This document shows, in pieces, positions 13,228 through 26,633 of a stretch of 54,872 bases of DNA; the first letter of the stretch is position 1; each line of letters begins with the position of its first letter. Source of the stretch: Prorocentrum cordatum (lineage: Eukaryota); contig CAUYUJ010000207.1 of NCBI GenBank assembly GCA_963575745.1, positions 62,001 through 116,872 on the forward strand, in the 5' to 3' direction. Below the pieces are notes generated by a model that worked only from the letters and a program-made list of their open reading frames with translations, did not search any database and was not told where the DNA came from. The translations under genes and the position numbers were made by a program.

Positions 13228-13262
13228 CTGATGCTGATGCTGATTCTGATGATGATGATGAT
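10209..13262 (+). repeat. degenerate (GAT)n mega-microsatellite
   Basis: About 3 kb of GAT with GCT, GAC, GAG and GGT variants. It is the source of the poly-D, poly-M, poly-I and poly-H pseudo-ORFs. Confidence 0.95.
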
Positions 13263-13959
13263 GCCGATCGGAAATTCTTGCATGGCGGCTCAGCGAGGGC
13301 ACCATTGAACAATGACGCGCGCGGCCTAGCTCCACAAGTGATTAGCGACGTAAAAACTGGTACCGAGCGTCAGCGTGCAAGCGGGAACGCCACCTTCGGA
13401 TGATATTTGCGCGACACTCGGCGAGCGCGATATTTCGCGCCCATCTGGGCGGCGAATGCTGCGATTCGCGCCCAAGCGGGAGTGCAGCTCTCAGGAAAAC
13501 ATGTGAGGCGCCGAGGGTAGCGATATTTCCAGCTCTCTCGCGCACGATGTTGCGCCGCGCTTCACTGTCGCTACGCTTTTGTTGCAATATCGATGGCACA
13601 ACCTCCGTGTCGAAAGGAGTCACGTCAACTTTGTCATAGTAGTGATGGGTGGGAAGGAACGGTCCACCTAGTCCGTCTTTCGGACGTCTGTATGTATTCA
13701 GAGAAGAAGGGTCCGAATTATAAGAAGTACGAGGAGTAGCGATGAGGAGGAGGATGACAAACAAGAGGGCAAGGGCGAGAAGCAGGAGGATCACGAGGAT
13801 GAGGAATGGAAGGAATGGTCGGGGGAGGATGAGGAGGCGGATGGAAACACTCACGAGGAAGACTGGGCAGCGGGGTCGGCTGAGCAGATTATTGGGGTGG
13901 ATCGGGAACGGAGAGGGCCACCTTTGCGGAGACGGTTAGAAGATATGGGGGGCAATCGC

Positions 13960-14102
<143 letters not shown>

Positions 14103-14295
14103 CGGTACAGAGAGGAAGAGTGAGGCGCAGGCAGAGGAAGAGAGAGATCGAGGGAGCGGCGAGGGCTGGGAGGTCGGAGCTGGGTTACCCACAGAGACAC
14201 GGCGGCGTGGTCCTTCTGATCTGCTTTGCTGGTTTGTTGCGTGTACCAGTACATGATTATAGTCGTTGCGACAGCGATCGACGGCAATGAGTGCG

Positions 14296-14312
14296 GCAAT
14301 GACGGTGACGAC

Positions 14313-14393
<81 letters not shown>

Positions 14394-14915
14394 ATTGATG
14401 ATGATGATAACGACGATGATGATGCTGATGCTGTGATGCTGATACTGATGCTGATGCTGATGATGCTGACTGGTGACGCTGATGATGATGCTGCTGTTCA
14501 TGATGATTATGACGATGATCATGCTGCCGCTGCTGCTGCTGATGATTATGATGCTGACATTGGCGATGCTGACGCTGATGATGATGCTGATGACGATTAT
14601 GATGATCATGCTGATACCGATATTGATGTTGATTGCGATGCATATCTTGATGATGATAATGCTGGAGCTGATGATGATGCTGATACTGATGATGATGCTG
14701 ATGATGCTGACGATGTTGATGTTGATGATGCTGAAGATGCTGATGATGACGATTCTGATGATTCTGATGATGATGATGGCGATGATGACGATGATGATGG
14801 TGGTGATGATGATGATGATTATGATGATGATGATGCTGATTATGATGACGATGATGGTGATGATGGTGATGATGGTGATGCTGATGCTGTTGATGATGAT
14901 GATGATGATGTTGGC

Positions 14916-14946
<31 letters not shown>

Positions 14947-15011
14947 CTGATGATGATGATGACGATGATGATGCTGATGATGATTATGATGATGGTAATG
15001 GTGATGATGAC

Positions 15012-15054
<43 letters not shown>

Positions 15055-15067
15055 GTGATGGTGATGG

Positions 15068-15132
<65 letters not shown>

Positions 15133-15193
15133 GTGATGATACGATGATGGCGATGGCGATGGCGATGGCGATGGCGATAACGATGACGATGAC

Positions 15194-15224
<31 letters not shown>

Positions 15225-15283
15225 GTGATGATGAGGATGAGGACGAGGATGAGGATGAGGATGAGGATGAGGATGATGATGAC

Positions 15284-15324
<41 letters not shown>

Positions 15325-15452
15325 GGAGGAGGAGGAGGAGGAGGAGGAGGAGGAGGAGGAGGAGGAGGATGATGATGATGATGATGATGATGACGACGAT
15401 GATGATGATGATGATGATGATGAGGTGACGATGGTGATGACGGCGACGGTGA
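14296..15452 (+). repeat. degenerate (GAT)n/(GAG)n tract
   Basis: Directly visible. Confidence 0.95.
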
Positions 15453-16224
15453 TGGGTTGTAGTAAAAAGTTGACGTCCGTTGGCGTCAACGATGTCGGGA
15501 TGTTCTTGGCAACAATCAAGCGTGCAGCTTTCGTATGAGGTTTTCCTCAAACGAGCCTCTCCCAGCGCAGTTTCTGGCGACGTCCTCACGGTTTCCTGAG
15601 GTTGTTGCGGTTTACGGTCTTTTCCTGCCTCTTCTCGTCATGTGTTTTCGCTTGATAGGGGGCCCCCTTGGGCTGCGCGCGGTCGTCTCTTCTTTTTTCT
15701 ATTGCGCATTTGTCCCAGCTGACCTGCCCGCAACTCGGATCTCAGACGGCGCCGATCAAAACGGTTTTTGCTTTTGACATCCTCGCCAAGCCGCAGGTCT
15801 CTGTCTAGGCTTCCGCCGGTTCCCTCCAATTTTCCGTGGGCCTCCGCGCGCCTCGACGCCGCGATTTCGATGTGTCCAAGCGGAAGGGCAGCGCGCATTC
15901 AAGTCTGGAAGTTTTCCCTCTGTCTGTTGGGGCTCCTAGGGACCGCGCTTGGCACCTCGTGGTCCGCGCAGGAAGGCCGCCCTGCTCTGGGGGAGCCGAA
16001 CTTCGCGCGGCGACAAGCGCGCAACCGGGTGATTGTCGAGAGAACGAGAGAGAGAGAGAAAAAACAAGAGAAAGACAGAGAGAGAGAGAGAGAGAGAGTG
16101 CGATATAGAGAGGGGACATGGATATGTAGAGACGAATAAGTAATAGTTACACATATATAGGTATCTACCTATACGACCACCCTTCGGGTGATAAGGAGGT
16201 TGGGGGGGGAGAGGAACCAACGTC

Positions 16225-16455
16225 TCACTCGATCGGTTTCACTATCGATCTCACTATCGATCTCACCATCGGTCTCGCTCGATCGATCTCACTCGATCGA
16301 TCTCACTCGACCTATTTCATTCGGTCGATCTCACAATCGATCGGACTATCGATCTCACAATCGATCTCACTATCGATCTCACTATCGATCTAACAATCGA
16401 TCTCATATTCGGTCTCACTATCGATCTCACTATCGATGCCATCATTGATCTCACA
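16225..16455 (+). repeat. 12 bp minisatellite (TCGATCTCACTA)n
   Basis: Roughly 15 or more degenerate copies. Confidence 0.85.
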
Positions 16456-16459
16456 ATCA

Positions 16460-17166
16460 ACGTCATCATCATCATCAGCAATATCATCGTCGTCAACGGC
16501 ATCAACATCATCATCATCATCATCATCATCGTCATCATCGGGACACCAGCATCATCATCACCTCATCATCATCAACATCATCATCATGTCCATCATCATC
16601 ATCATCATCATCATCGGACACCATCATCGTCACCATCATCATCATCAACATCATTTTCATCGGGACACCATCATCATCTTCATCGTCAGCAACATCATTC
16701 TATCAACATCATCATCATCATCATCATCGGGACACCATCAGCATCGTCACCATCATCATCATCACCATCATCATCATCGGGACACAATCATCATTATCAA
16801 CATCAGCATCATCATCATCACCATCATCGGGCCACCATCAACAAAATCATCATTATCACCTCATCATCTTCCTCATCATCGGGACACCATCATCATTATC
16901 ATCACCGGGCCACCATCATCGTCATCATCATCATCATCATCATCATCAACATCAACATCATCATTGGGACGCCATTATCATCATCACCATCATCATCAAC
17001 AACATCATCATCAACCTCATCATCATCGGGACGCCCTTATCATCATCATCATCATCATCTTCATCAGCATCATCCCATCATCGTCCCATCATCATCATCA
17101 ACATCATCAGGATCATCAACATCATCATCCTCATCATCGGGACACCATCATTATCATCATCAGTAA

Positions 17167-17224
<58 letters not shown>

Positions 17225-17349
17225 GGGACACCTTCATCATCACCATCATCACCATCATCATCAACATCGTCAACATCATCATCATCATCACCACCATCAC
17301 CACCATCATCATCATCATCATCAACATCATTGACATCATCATCATCATT

Positions 17350-17406
<57 letters not shown>

Positions 17407-17580
17407 GGGACACCGACGGGACAATGGCGGGACACCGGCGGGACACCGCGGGCAACCGGCCCCCGGAAAGGAAGCATTTGGTCCGGCCGCGCCTCAGCCA
17501 GAGGCGGGACACCGGCGGGACACCGTGGGCCACCAGCCCCCGGAAAGGAATCATTTGGTCCGGCCGCGCCTCAGCCGGAG
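16460..17580 (+). repeat. (CAT)n tract punctuated by CGGGACACC, ending in a duplicated CGGGACACCG...CCCCGGAAAGGAA module
   Basis: CATCGGGACACC recurs at ~16536, 16658, 16725, 16775, 16877, 17134, 17221 and 17403. A ~75-80 bp duplication lies at ~17430-17580. Confidence 0.85.
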
Positions 17581-18301
17581 GAGACTTTCTTCTCGCGCGC
17601 CCACGCAGCTTCGCCTCGCCCGCACGCACGGCACGCACGAACACGAAACCGAAACCGATTTCCCGGTAGGGGGGCTCTCCGTTCCACTTCGATCTCACCC
17701 TCTCACCTCCGATTTAAAGCAAACATACATAAACAGAGAGAGAGAGAGAGAGAAACATATAAACGATATGCATACATACATATACATACATAAATATATA
17801 GATCAGTGGATAGTTATCTATACAATCCTATAACTATACCAACGTATACACATGGTACGCATGTATATATACAGAGAGATACGGAGAGATAAATATATGG
17901 AGATGGAGCTAGAGCTAGAGAGAAGTAATGAGTGATTGAGTGGATGAGAGAGAGATGACGAGAGATAGAGAGAGAAACAGAGCGAGAGAGAGAGAGAGAA
18001 ACAGAGAGCGAGATAGTGAGAGATAGGGGGAGAGAGAGTGAGAGAGAGTGTCAGAGAGAGAGAGAGAGAGAGCGTGGTGATAGAGAAAGAGACCGACTAT
18101 ATGGGGGCTCTGGAACCTCAAGCCTCGTCCTTCGAACTCGAACCTCTCGAACCTCTCGAACCTCTCGAACCTCTCGAACATCTCGAGCCTCGAGCCTCGA
18201 GCCTCGAGCCTCGAGCCTTGAGTCTCGATCCCCCTCCCCGGGAGGAGCGGCTGCCGGGAGGGGATCCAGGCCGCGCCGCGCTCGCCCGAGCGGCCGCCAG
18301 A

Positions 18302-18334
18302 ATGGAGGCCGCGCTTGCCGCCCCCTCGCAGAGG
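18302..18334 (+). CDS. possible first coding exon of the LSm3 gene (MEAALAAPSQR)
   Basis: ATG in a unique GC-rich context (gccgccagaATGG), followed by a possible GC donor after AGG. It lies upstream on the same strand and its length fits the non-conserved LSm3 N-terminus. No conserved residues confirm it. Confidence 0.3.
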
Positions 18335-20006
18335 GCGACCACCCCTCGCCCTCGGCTCGGCGCCCCCCCCCGCTGGTGCGGCTTCGTCGCTATCGGAGAC
18401 GTCGTGGGCCCTCGCCCCCGTCTGCCGACCCCTCGCCGCTGCTGCTGCTGCGTCGTTCGTCGTCGTCGGCGTCGGTGTCGTCGTTGGCGTCGGCGTCAGG
18501 ATCCCGAGCGTCGGCGCGGTCTGCTGGGGTTGCGCATGCGGAGAAGGGGGCGGAACATGAGGGTTTGGAGGAACATGAGGGGGTGGAGGACGAGGAGGGA
18601 GGATGGAGGAGTGAGGGAGCAGGGAGGAGGGAGCTTGGAGGTGGAGGAGGAGGATGAGGAGGAGTAGGTGGAAGAGGACCAGAGTAAGCCCGATATGCGT
18701 AATCGAGGCTGCAATACGCTTTCCCGTCCCAAGTCCCCTCCCTCAAAGTCCCCACAAACCCTTTTCCAACTACAAGAAAGGCGCCTCGTAAAAGACCAGC
18801 ACCCAATGGGTTTGCCGTTCAGGCGGGGGTCCCGTTTTGAAAAGGAACTGAAGCACGTCCTGCCAGTGGATGATGATGATTACGAAACGGTATGACCAAA
18901 GAGGAGGTCAACGAGGTGTCCAGGGAGACCCCCGTTGTGAAAAAGGGTCGCCCCCCCTATCTGTGCAACTCTTGCGTAAGTTTGCACTTCTGGTCATGCA
19001 ATTCGCACAAGCCTCGAACGAGAGCACAATTTTGAAGATGTCCCCCCTTCATCCCTGCACTGGAGGAGGAGGAGGAGGAGGAGGAGGAGGAGGAGGAGGA
19101 GGACCAGCGCAAATCCAATCCGCATCAGCGATGCTGACTCACGCCCTCCCGCCCGAAGCCCCCTCCTGAATGCTCGCTGCACGCACCCTTTGTCACTGCT
19201 TGAAGCGCCCTCTTGAAAAAGGACCATCCCGTGGGGCTCCCCTCGCTGCGATCCGATCCGCTCCGATCCCCAAGCTTCCACCCCGCTGCCCATGCGGTCC
19301 GACCCGCCACGGGCCGAGATTCCCCTCGGCCTGCAGGGGCCGAGCCGTCTCCGCGATCCCAGACGATCTGCTCCCGATCCGATGCCGCGCCGCTGCCGGC
19401 GCGGTCCGCTCCGATCCGATTTCGCGCTTCGCGGGGGCGGCAAAGAGGGGGGTGCTGGCTTGGGGTTGGTGGATATCATGGCGCGGGCCATGACATTTCC
19501 CCAGATTTCATGGCGCCTCTTCTTGTTTTGATACGTCCCTGCCCCCCCCGCTGGGCCGCGCACATGCCGCCGGTCATGATTTGCCTCCCCCCCCCCCCTC
19601 TTGGACACCCCCCTCTTGGCCGCTCCCGAGCTTCGACCGAGCTCAGGCCTGGCCTGCGTGCACCGTCAAGCTGCGGAGTTCAGCGGACAACAGTTTAGAG
19701 GGAGGACCTTGTCGCCTCTGGGAGCTCACGAGAGGGAGGTCAGTTCCGGGGTGGTGGTGTCATAATTGGGTACAGGAACTCTCCCGATGTCATGGCCCCC
19801 ACTTCTTCTTTTCCTTCTTTGTCTTTCAATGCGTCTCCTTGTCCCCACTCGTCCGCGCACATGCCTCGGCCCCTGATACGCCAACCCCACTCGGTGGCCC
19901 CTGCCTGACAGCTGGAACCTTCCTGGTCGCTGGCCGAGGATCCAGGTCCTGGTATCGTGGGTCACACTTTCGGTCTGCGCCCTCCTTTGGGTCTTTGGAT
20001 GGTTCG

Positions 20007-20173
20007 TCACCACCCACCAAACCACCCCAACCCAAACCGAAGGCCTCAATTTGCCCTCCATTTCCAGTGGGGGGGGGTCGGGGAACATTGAGAAAACACA
20101 CATGGAACCCGTACCCCCCCCAACCCGAAATTCGGGTCTTCGGGTTGGGTTGGGGTGGTCTGGTAGGTAGTCA
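20007..20173. mobile_element. MITE X, copy 1
   Basis: Imperfect ~36 bp TIRs (TCACCACCCACCAAACCACCCCAACCCAAACCGAAG ... CTTCGGGTTGGGTTGGGGTGGTCTGGTAGGTAGTCA), flanked by GTTCG on both sides. A second copy lies at 52506. Confidence 0.8.
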
Positions 20174-20487
20174 GTTCGGGAGACCTCTGGGGATCTCCAG
20201 GACCGCGCGCTTGCACCCCCTCCGGTGGGGCTGCTTGCGGGGGTCCAACGTCCCAGCGCTTTTGCCCTTCTTGCCGAGCTGGGTTCTGCAGGAGTGATGC
20301 TGCGCTCTCCTGGGCAGATGCGTGGCGTGGGGACGTGCTGCGTACGACGATCCATTCAGATTGGCCTTCTCCTTCCCGCTGCCCTTTTTTCCTTCGTCTT
20401 TCTTCCTCTGGTCCGGGTGCGAAACGGGGCCCTCTGGGGGAAGAATGGGTCGAGAAGTGGCGAACATTCGAGAAGTTTCGAGAGGCG

Positions 20488-21439
20488 GGGATGCTGATGT
20501 CGGCCATGATGATGATTCATGATGATGAGGAGGACGATGCTGATGATGCTGATGATGTTGATGCTGATGATGATGATGATACTGATCAGTGCGATGTCGA
20601 TGATGATGGTGATGATGATGATGATGCTGATGATGATGATGATGATACTGATGATGATGCTGATGAAGCTGATGCTGATGCTGATGATGATGATGATGCT
20701 GCTGATGATGAGGATGATGATGCTGATGATGACGACGATGATGATGATGCTGATGATGATGATGCTGATGATGCTGATGATGTGGATGATGCTGACTATG
20801 CTGGTGATGCTGATGACGATGATTGATGATGGTGATGCTGATGATCATGTTGATGATGGTGGTGATGATGCTGCTGCTGATGATGACGATGCTGTAAACC
20901 CCAGGTACATCAACGATGTTGCAATACACCTTTCTTTCAAGTTCCCTCTTCACAGGTCCCTGCAATCACTTATTTTCACAGCTGGAAGTGCCCCGTTGGA
21001 GGACAACCGCCTGAGAATCCCCAATCGTGTCAAAACACAATTCCTTGGACTTTAACGCTGCGAATCAACTTCGCTGTTGCGCCTTGACGATCCTGCATCG
21101 TGCCAGAACATTTTTCTTGGTACTTCAACACCGCGAATCAACGTGACAGTTTCCGCCCTGACAGTCCCATTCTAGACGCTTCGCGCAGCCCCACCAGCCC
21201 GCTCATCCAGAAACGATGCCCCTTCGGTTGCCCTTCTCAGACATGTGGGGCAGCACGTAATGGAATCCAGGCTGTTGAGCTCATGGGGGAGGATAGAGGA
21301 GGAAGCAGGGGAGGAGGAGGAGGAGGAAGAGGAGGAGGAGGAAAAGGAAGAGGAAGAGGAGGAGGATCAGGATGATGAGGAGGAGGTGAGGGATGGAGGA
21401 GGAGGAGGGAGAAGGGAGGAAGGAGGAGGAGGATTTGGC

Positions 21440-21480
<41 letters not shown>

Positions 21481-21573
21481 CTGTTGATGATGATGACGCT
21501 GATGCTGACGATGAAGATGATGGCGATGATGATGATGCTGATGCTGATGAGGATGATGATGCTGATGCTGATG
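20488..21573 (+). repeat. (GAT)n/(GAG)n tracts interrupted by a ~400 bp unique segment
   Basis: GAT at 20488-20892, unique sequence at ~20893-21290, then GAG and GAT up to the gap. Confidence 0.9.
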
Positions 21574-21673
21574 NNNNNNNNNNNNNNNNNNNNNNNNNNN
21601 NNNNNNNNNNNNNNNNNNNNNNNNNNNNNNNNNNNNNNNNNNNNNNNNNNNNNNNNNNNNNNNNNNNNNNNNN
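21574..21673. other. assembly gap (100 N)
   Basis: Run of exactly 100 N, typical of a placeholder for a gap of unknown size. Confidence 0.99.
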
Positions 21674-22177
21674 AGGAGGAGGAGGCCTCTTGAGGGCCTC
21701 TTGGCTGTTCATACGGTTCGAGGGGCCTCGCTGGGGCCTCCTTGTTTCTTGGGGGCTTGAGGAGGGCCTCTGGTGGGCCTCTTGGGGGCCTCTTGGAGGG
21801 CCTCGTGGGCCGTTGGTCCGTCTGACGCAGGCGGAGGCCGTCTTGGAGGCCTTTGGTCTGGCTGGGGGCCCTCTTGGCCCATTTTGGGACACTCTTCGGG
21901 ACTTCGTGGGACGTCTTGGGGGCTATTTTGGAGGCCTGTTGGTCCGTCTTGGGCTGTGGGAAGCCCGAAAGGGCACTATCACACGTGATCTGTACCCGCC
22001 CGTGGGCGCTTGGTGGGCGCTCCGTGCGCTGGATAGGTGGGTCGGGGTTTCTCCTGGTGCCCCGTTGGCGTGCCCGCCCGTGGGCGCCTCTTGGGCGCTC
22101 CGTGCGCTGGGTGGCGGGGTTTCGCAGTTGGTGCCGCCTGTGGGCGCCTCGTGGGCGCTCCGTGCGCTCCGTGCGCT

Positions 22178-22345
<168 letters not shown>

Positions 22346-23641
22346 TCGGGTTTTGCCTGGTTTCCAGTTGGTGGCAGTCCGCGAGTGCCTCGTGGCCGCC
22401 CAGTGTGATGGGTGGGTCTTCTGTGGTTTCGCCTGGTGCCCGCCCGTGGTTGGTGGTCGCCCTTGGGCGCTTCGTGGCCGCTTCGTGGGCACTTTGTGCG
22501 CTGTGTGCACCACACCGCCTGGTGCTTGGTTGGTACCCGCCAGAGGGCGCCTCGTGAGCGCCTCGTGCCCGCCTGGTGCCCGCCCGTAACTGCGTCGAGG
22601 GCGCCACGCGCTGCTTGCCACAGAACCTGCACCACATAGACTGCACCATGGAGCATGCAGCGCATAGCTTTTACCACAGCTTGCATCATAGCATCAACCA
22701 CATAACTTGCACCACACAGCTTGCACCACATAGTCGCGCCACATTGCTTACACAATACAGCTTGCACCACATGTAGTATACCAAAGCACCGTATAGCCAC
22801 ACCACATGCTCAACCCCACATACGCTGCATTACATATGTTTCACCGCAACGATTGCACCACATGGCTTACGCCACATACCTTGTAGCAAATATCATTCAT
22901 CACAAATCTTGCACCATAGCAAGTACCACATAGCTGACAACACGACGCAACATGACAAAGCTTGTACATTGTAGCTCAGACCACAGCTTCCGCACCATGT
23001 ATCTTGCACACATAAGTAGATGCCACGCCGAGAGTGCACGAACCTACTGTTTGGGGTCCACGTTGGCAACTATGTACAACATATAGGATGCAATGTATGT
23101 GTTGCATGCCATTTCGCGAATTTTTGTGTGGTGCAAGCTAGGCGTTGCAATACTTGTGGTGCGGTCAATGTGGGGCCGTCTGTGTGTGGTGCAAATATAC
23201 GAGGGGCAATCTGTGTGGTGCAAACTAGGCGGTGCAATCAATGTCGTGCAATGTGCGGGTTGCAAGCTATGCGGTGCAATCTATGGAGGATGCCGTCTTG
23301 TGGTTCATTTTATGGGATGCGTGCTATTTGTTGCAATCTATCTGTTGCACGCCCGCTATTGGGTGCAGCCTATGTGGTGCGAGTGATTTGGTTCAAGCTG
23401 TGTGGTGAAAACGCCAGTCAGCGTATGAGGCGCTAACGAGGCGTTCACGAGGCGCCCACAACTACGGGCACCAGCCAGCGCACGAGGCGCCCAAGAGGCG
23501 CCCACGAGGCACCCATGATTCTTCAGGAGGCGTCCACGGGCGGGAACCGAGCGAAAACCCGGACCGGCCAGCCGATTCTGTTGGACAGAAGCATTAAGTC
23601 ACACAAGGTATATCTATGTATATAAATATTTACATGCAACA

Positions 23642-23676
<35 letters not shown>

Positions 23677-23954
23677 TGGGGAGGGAGATGGGCGATGGAT
23701 GAAGGGGGCTGTCTACGTGTATTATCCAACGTTCCGCTTTAGAATTGGCTGGTGGTAATGCCGGCACAACGCTGCGCAACATCGTTGCAAATGGCGCTCA
23801 CGCATTCAGTATTTTGTGTCGCCGTAGCGAGGGCGTGTGGTAGCGCACCCAGCTGCCTGCGGCAAGTTCCGCCACCGTGCGAGCGCAGAACTCTGGGGCG
23901 ACTCCTCGAACACCGCACAAAAGGCAGTAACACGTGATACCTCTCGTCTCGATT

Positions 23955-26178
23955 TCCCAACCATCTTGTGGTGTTGGGTCCTCGTTTTGAGGAGACAGTG
24001 CCCCGCGTTCCTCACTCCTCCCGCCTCCCCCTCCTCCCCCTCCTCCCTCCTCCCATCCTTGCCATTGCCCTCCGCATGTCCAGCATTACGGCACACCCCT
24101 CGGACGTTTCGTGGCCCCATAGAGAGCTCCACCTGAGGCCCCAGTGGCAGGGTCCTCGTGCGGCTCTCCGCCCACCGCATGTCTATTCCTGCACGCCCCT
24201 CACACGCTTTGTGGCCCATAGGGAGCTCCACCTAAGGCCCCAGTGGCAGGGTTCACATGCGGCTGGCTCCCCGCCCATCGGAGGTCCACCTCGGCACACC
24301 ACATGCGGCTCCCCGCCCACCGCATGTCTATTTCGGCAAGCACCGCATACGTTTCGTGGCCCCATAGGGGGCTCCACCGAAGGCCCCAGTGGCAGGGTCC
24401 ACATGCGGCTCCCCGCCCACCGCGTGTCCCTCCTACCTCTGCTTTCCGCGTGCCGATTTCGGCACACCCTTCACACGTGTCCTGGCCGCGCATGGAGTTG
24501 TACCGAAGGCTCCGGTGGCAGGGTTCGTATGATATCCCCGCCCATTTCGCACACACCTCACACTCTTGGTGACCCCACAGGGAGTCCACCGAAGGCTTCA
24601 GTGGCAGGGCTCGCCTGCGTCCTCTGTCCATGTCGGCACACCTTCGCACGTTTCGTGGCCCCACAGGGAACTCCACCGAAGGCCTCAGTGGCATGGTCCA
24701 CATGTCCCGACACAACCATCAGACGTTTTGGGCCCCCACAGGGAGCTCCACCGAAGGCGGCACTCGCAACTGCATATGGTAGGGTCCTTCGCATTTTTCC
24801 AAACCATCCTGTGGTGTTGGGTCCTCGTTTTGAAGAGACATCGCCCCGCGTCTCCTCCTCCCTCCTCCTCTCGCTCCTCCCTCCTCCCTCCTCCGCAGTT
24901 CGCATGCGTCGCCCCCGCCCAGTACAGCGTTTCGAGGCCCCAGAGGAAGCTCCACCGAAGGCCTCAGTGAGACGCCCGCATGCGTCCCCCCCTCCCAGTA
25001 CAGCGTTCCGTGGCCCCACAGGGAGCTCCACCGAAGGTCCCAGTGGCGCAGTTCGCACGCGTCCCCCCCTCCCAGTACAGCGTTTCGTGGCCCCAGAGGG
25101 ACCTCCACCGAAGGCCTCAGTGGCGCAGTTCGCGGGCGTCCCCCCAGCCAGTACAGCGTCTCGTGGCCCCAGAAGGAGCTTCACGGGTGGTCCTAGTGGC
25201 GCAGTTCGCATGCGTCCCCCCCGCCCAGCACGGCGTTTCGTGGCCCCAGAGGGAGCTCCGCCGAAGGTTCCAGTGGAGCAGTTTGCATCGAAGGTCTCAG
25301 TGGCGCAGTTCGCCCCCCACCGAGTACAGCGTCTCGTGGCCCCATAGGGAGCTCTACGGAAGGTCTCAGGTGGCGCAGTCAGCATACGTCTCCCTCGCCC
25401 AGTACAGCGTTTTGTGGCCCAGAGGGAGCTCCACGGAAGACGATACCTACAATTGTGGTTCTCATAACTGCATATGGTTGGATCTTCGCAAGTTGTGTGT
25501 GTGTGTGTTTGCAGTGCGTGTTTCGTTATGCTTCTTCGTTATCGCCATTTTCATCTACACATGTGTGTACATATATGTATAACTACATGTATATATATAC
25601 TTGTACAATTATAAGTTTAAGTATATGTTTAGGTATACGTATATGATTGTTTATATATGCATATGTCTACATACAGGTATATGTACATGTACACGTACAT
25701 GTATATGTATATGCATATGCATATGTATATGTATATGTATATGTGTATATATGTATGTATATGAATACGTAATGTATCTGTACATGTATATGTATACGTG
25801 TAACTATATGTTTATGTGTATACTTATATGTACATGCACATGCATATGCACATGCATATGTACATTTACATGTATATGCACATGTATATGCATGCCTGTA
25901 TGTATATTTAGGCTTGTATATACATATACATGTACATTTCTATATACATGTGTATGCATGTATGTCTGTATGCATGTATGTGTGTGCATGTATGTCTGTA
26001 TGTACACACATACATGTATATTTCTATTATACACATCCTTATGTATAAACTGCATTTGCAATCCATAGAAACGTTTTTTTTTTCTTGCAATGCTCCCGTT
26101 TTTTGCTTGTCCCAGCCATCCTTCGGTGTCGGGTCTTCGTTTCGAAGAGACACTGCCTCGCGTTCCTCTCCGCTCCTC

Positions 26179-26209
<31 letters not shown>

Positions 26210-26226
26210 TCGTCCATTCATCGTCC

Positions 26227-26305
<79 letters not shown>

Positions 26306-26312
26306 TATCATT

Positions 26313-26347
<35 letters not shown>

Positions 26348-26599
26348 AATCATCATCATCATCACCATCAGCATCAGCATCAGCATCAGCATCATCATCA
26401 TCATCATCACCGTCATCATCATCGCCGTCGTATCGCCAGCCTCACCATCATTGCCACCATCGTACTGGTGTGTTGGGTCCCCTTCCCCTCCTTCTTTCGT
26501 CTTCATCGTCTTCATCATCACCATCACCGTCAGCATCAACATCAGCATCGCCGCCATCAACACCATTGCGATCATCATCATCATCATGATCATCTCCAC

Positions 26600-26633
<34 letters not shown>

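Noticed and set aside
18105..18122. Dinoflagellate spliced-leader relic (CTCAAG)
   Set aside because: Only the last 6 nt match CCGTAGCCATTTTGGCTCAAG, which is not significant.
20893..21290. Unique island between GAT tracts as a retroelement or exon fragment
   Set aside because: No recognisable motif in the frames I examined; cannot be supported without a search.
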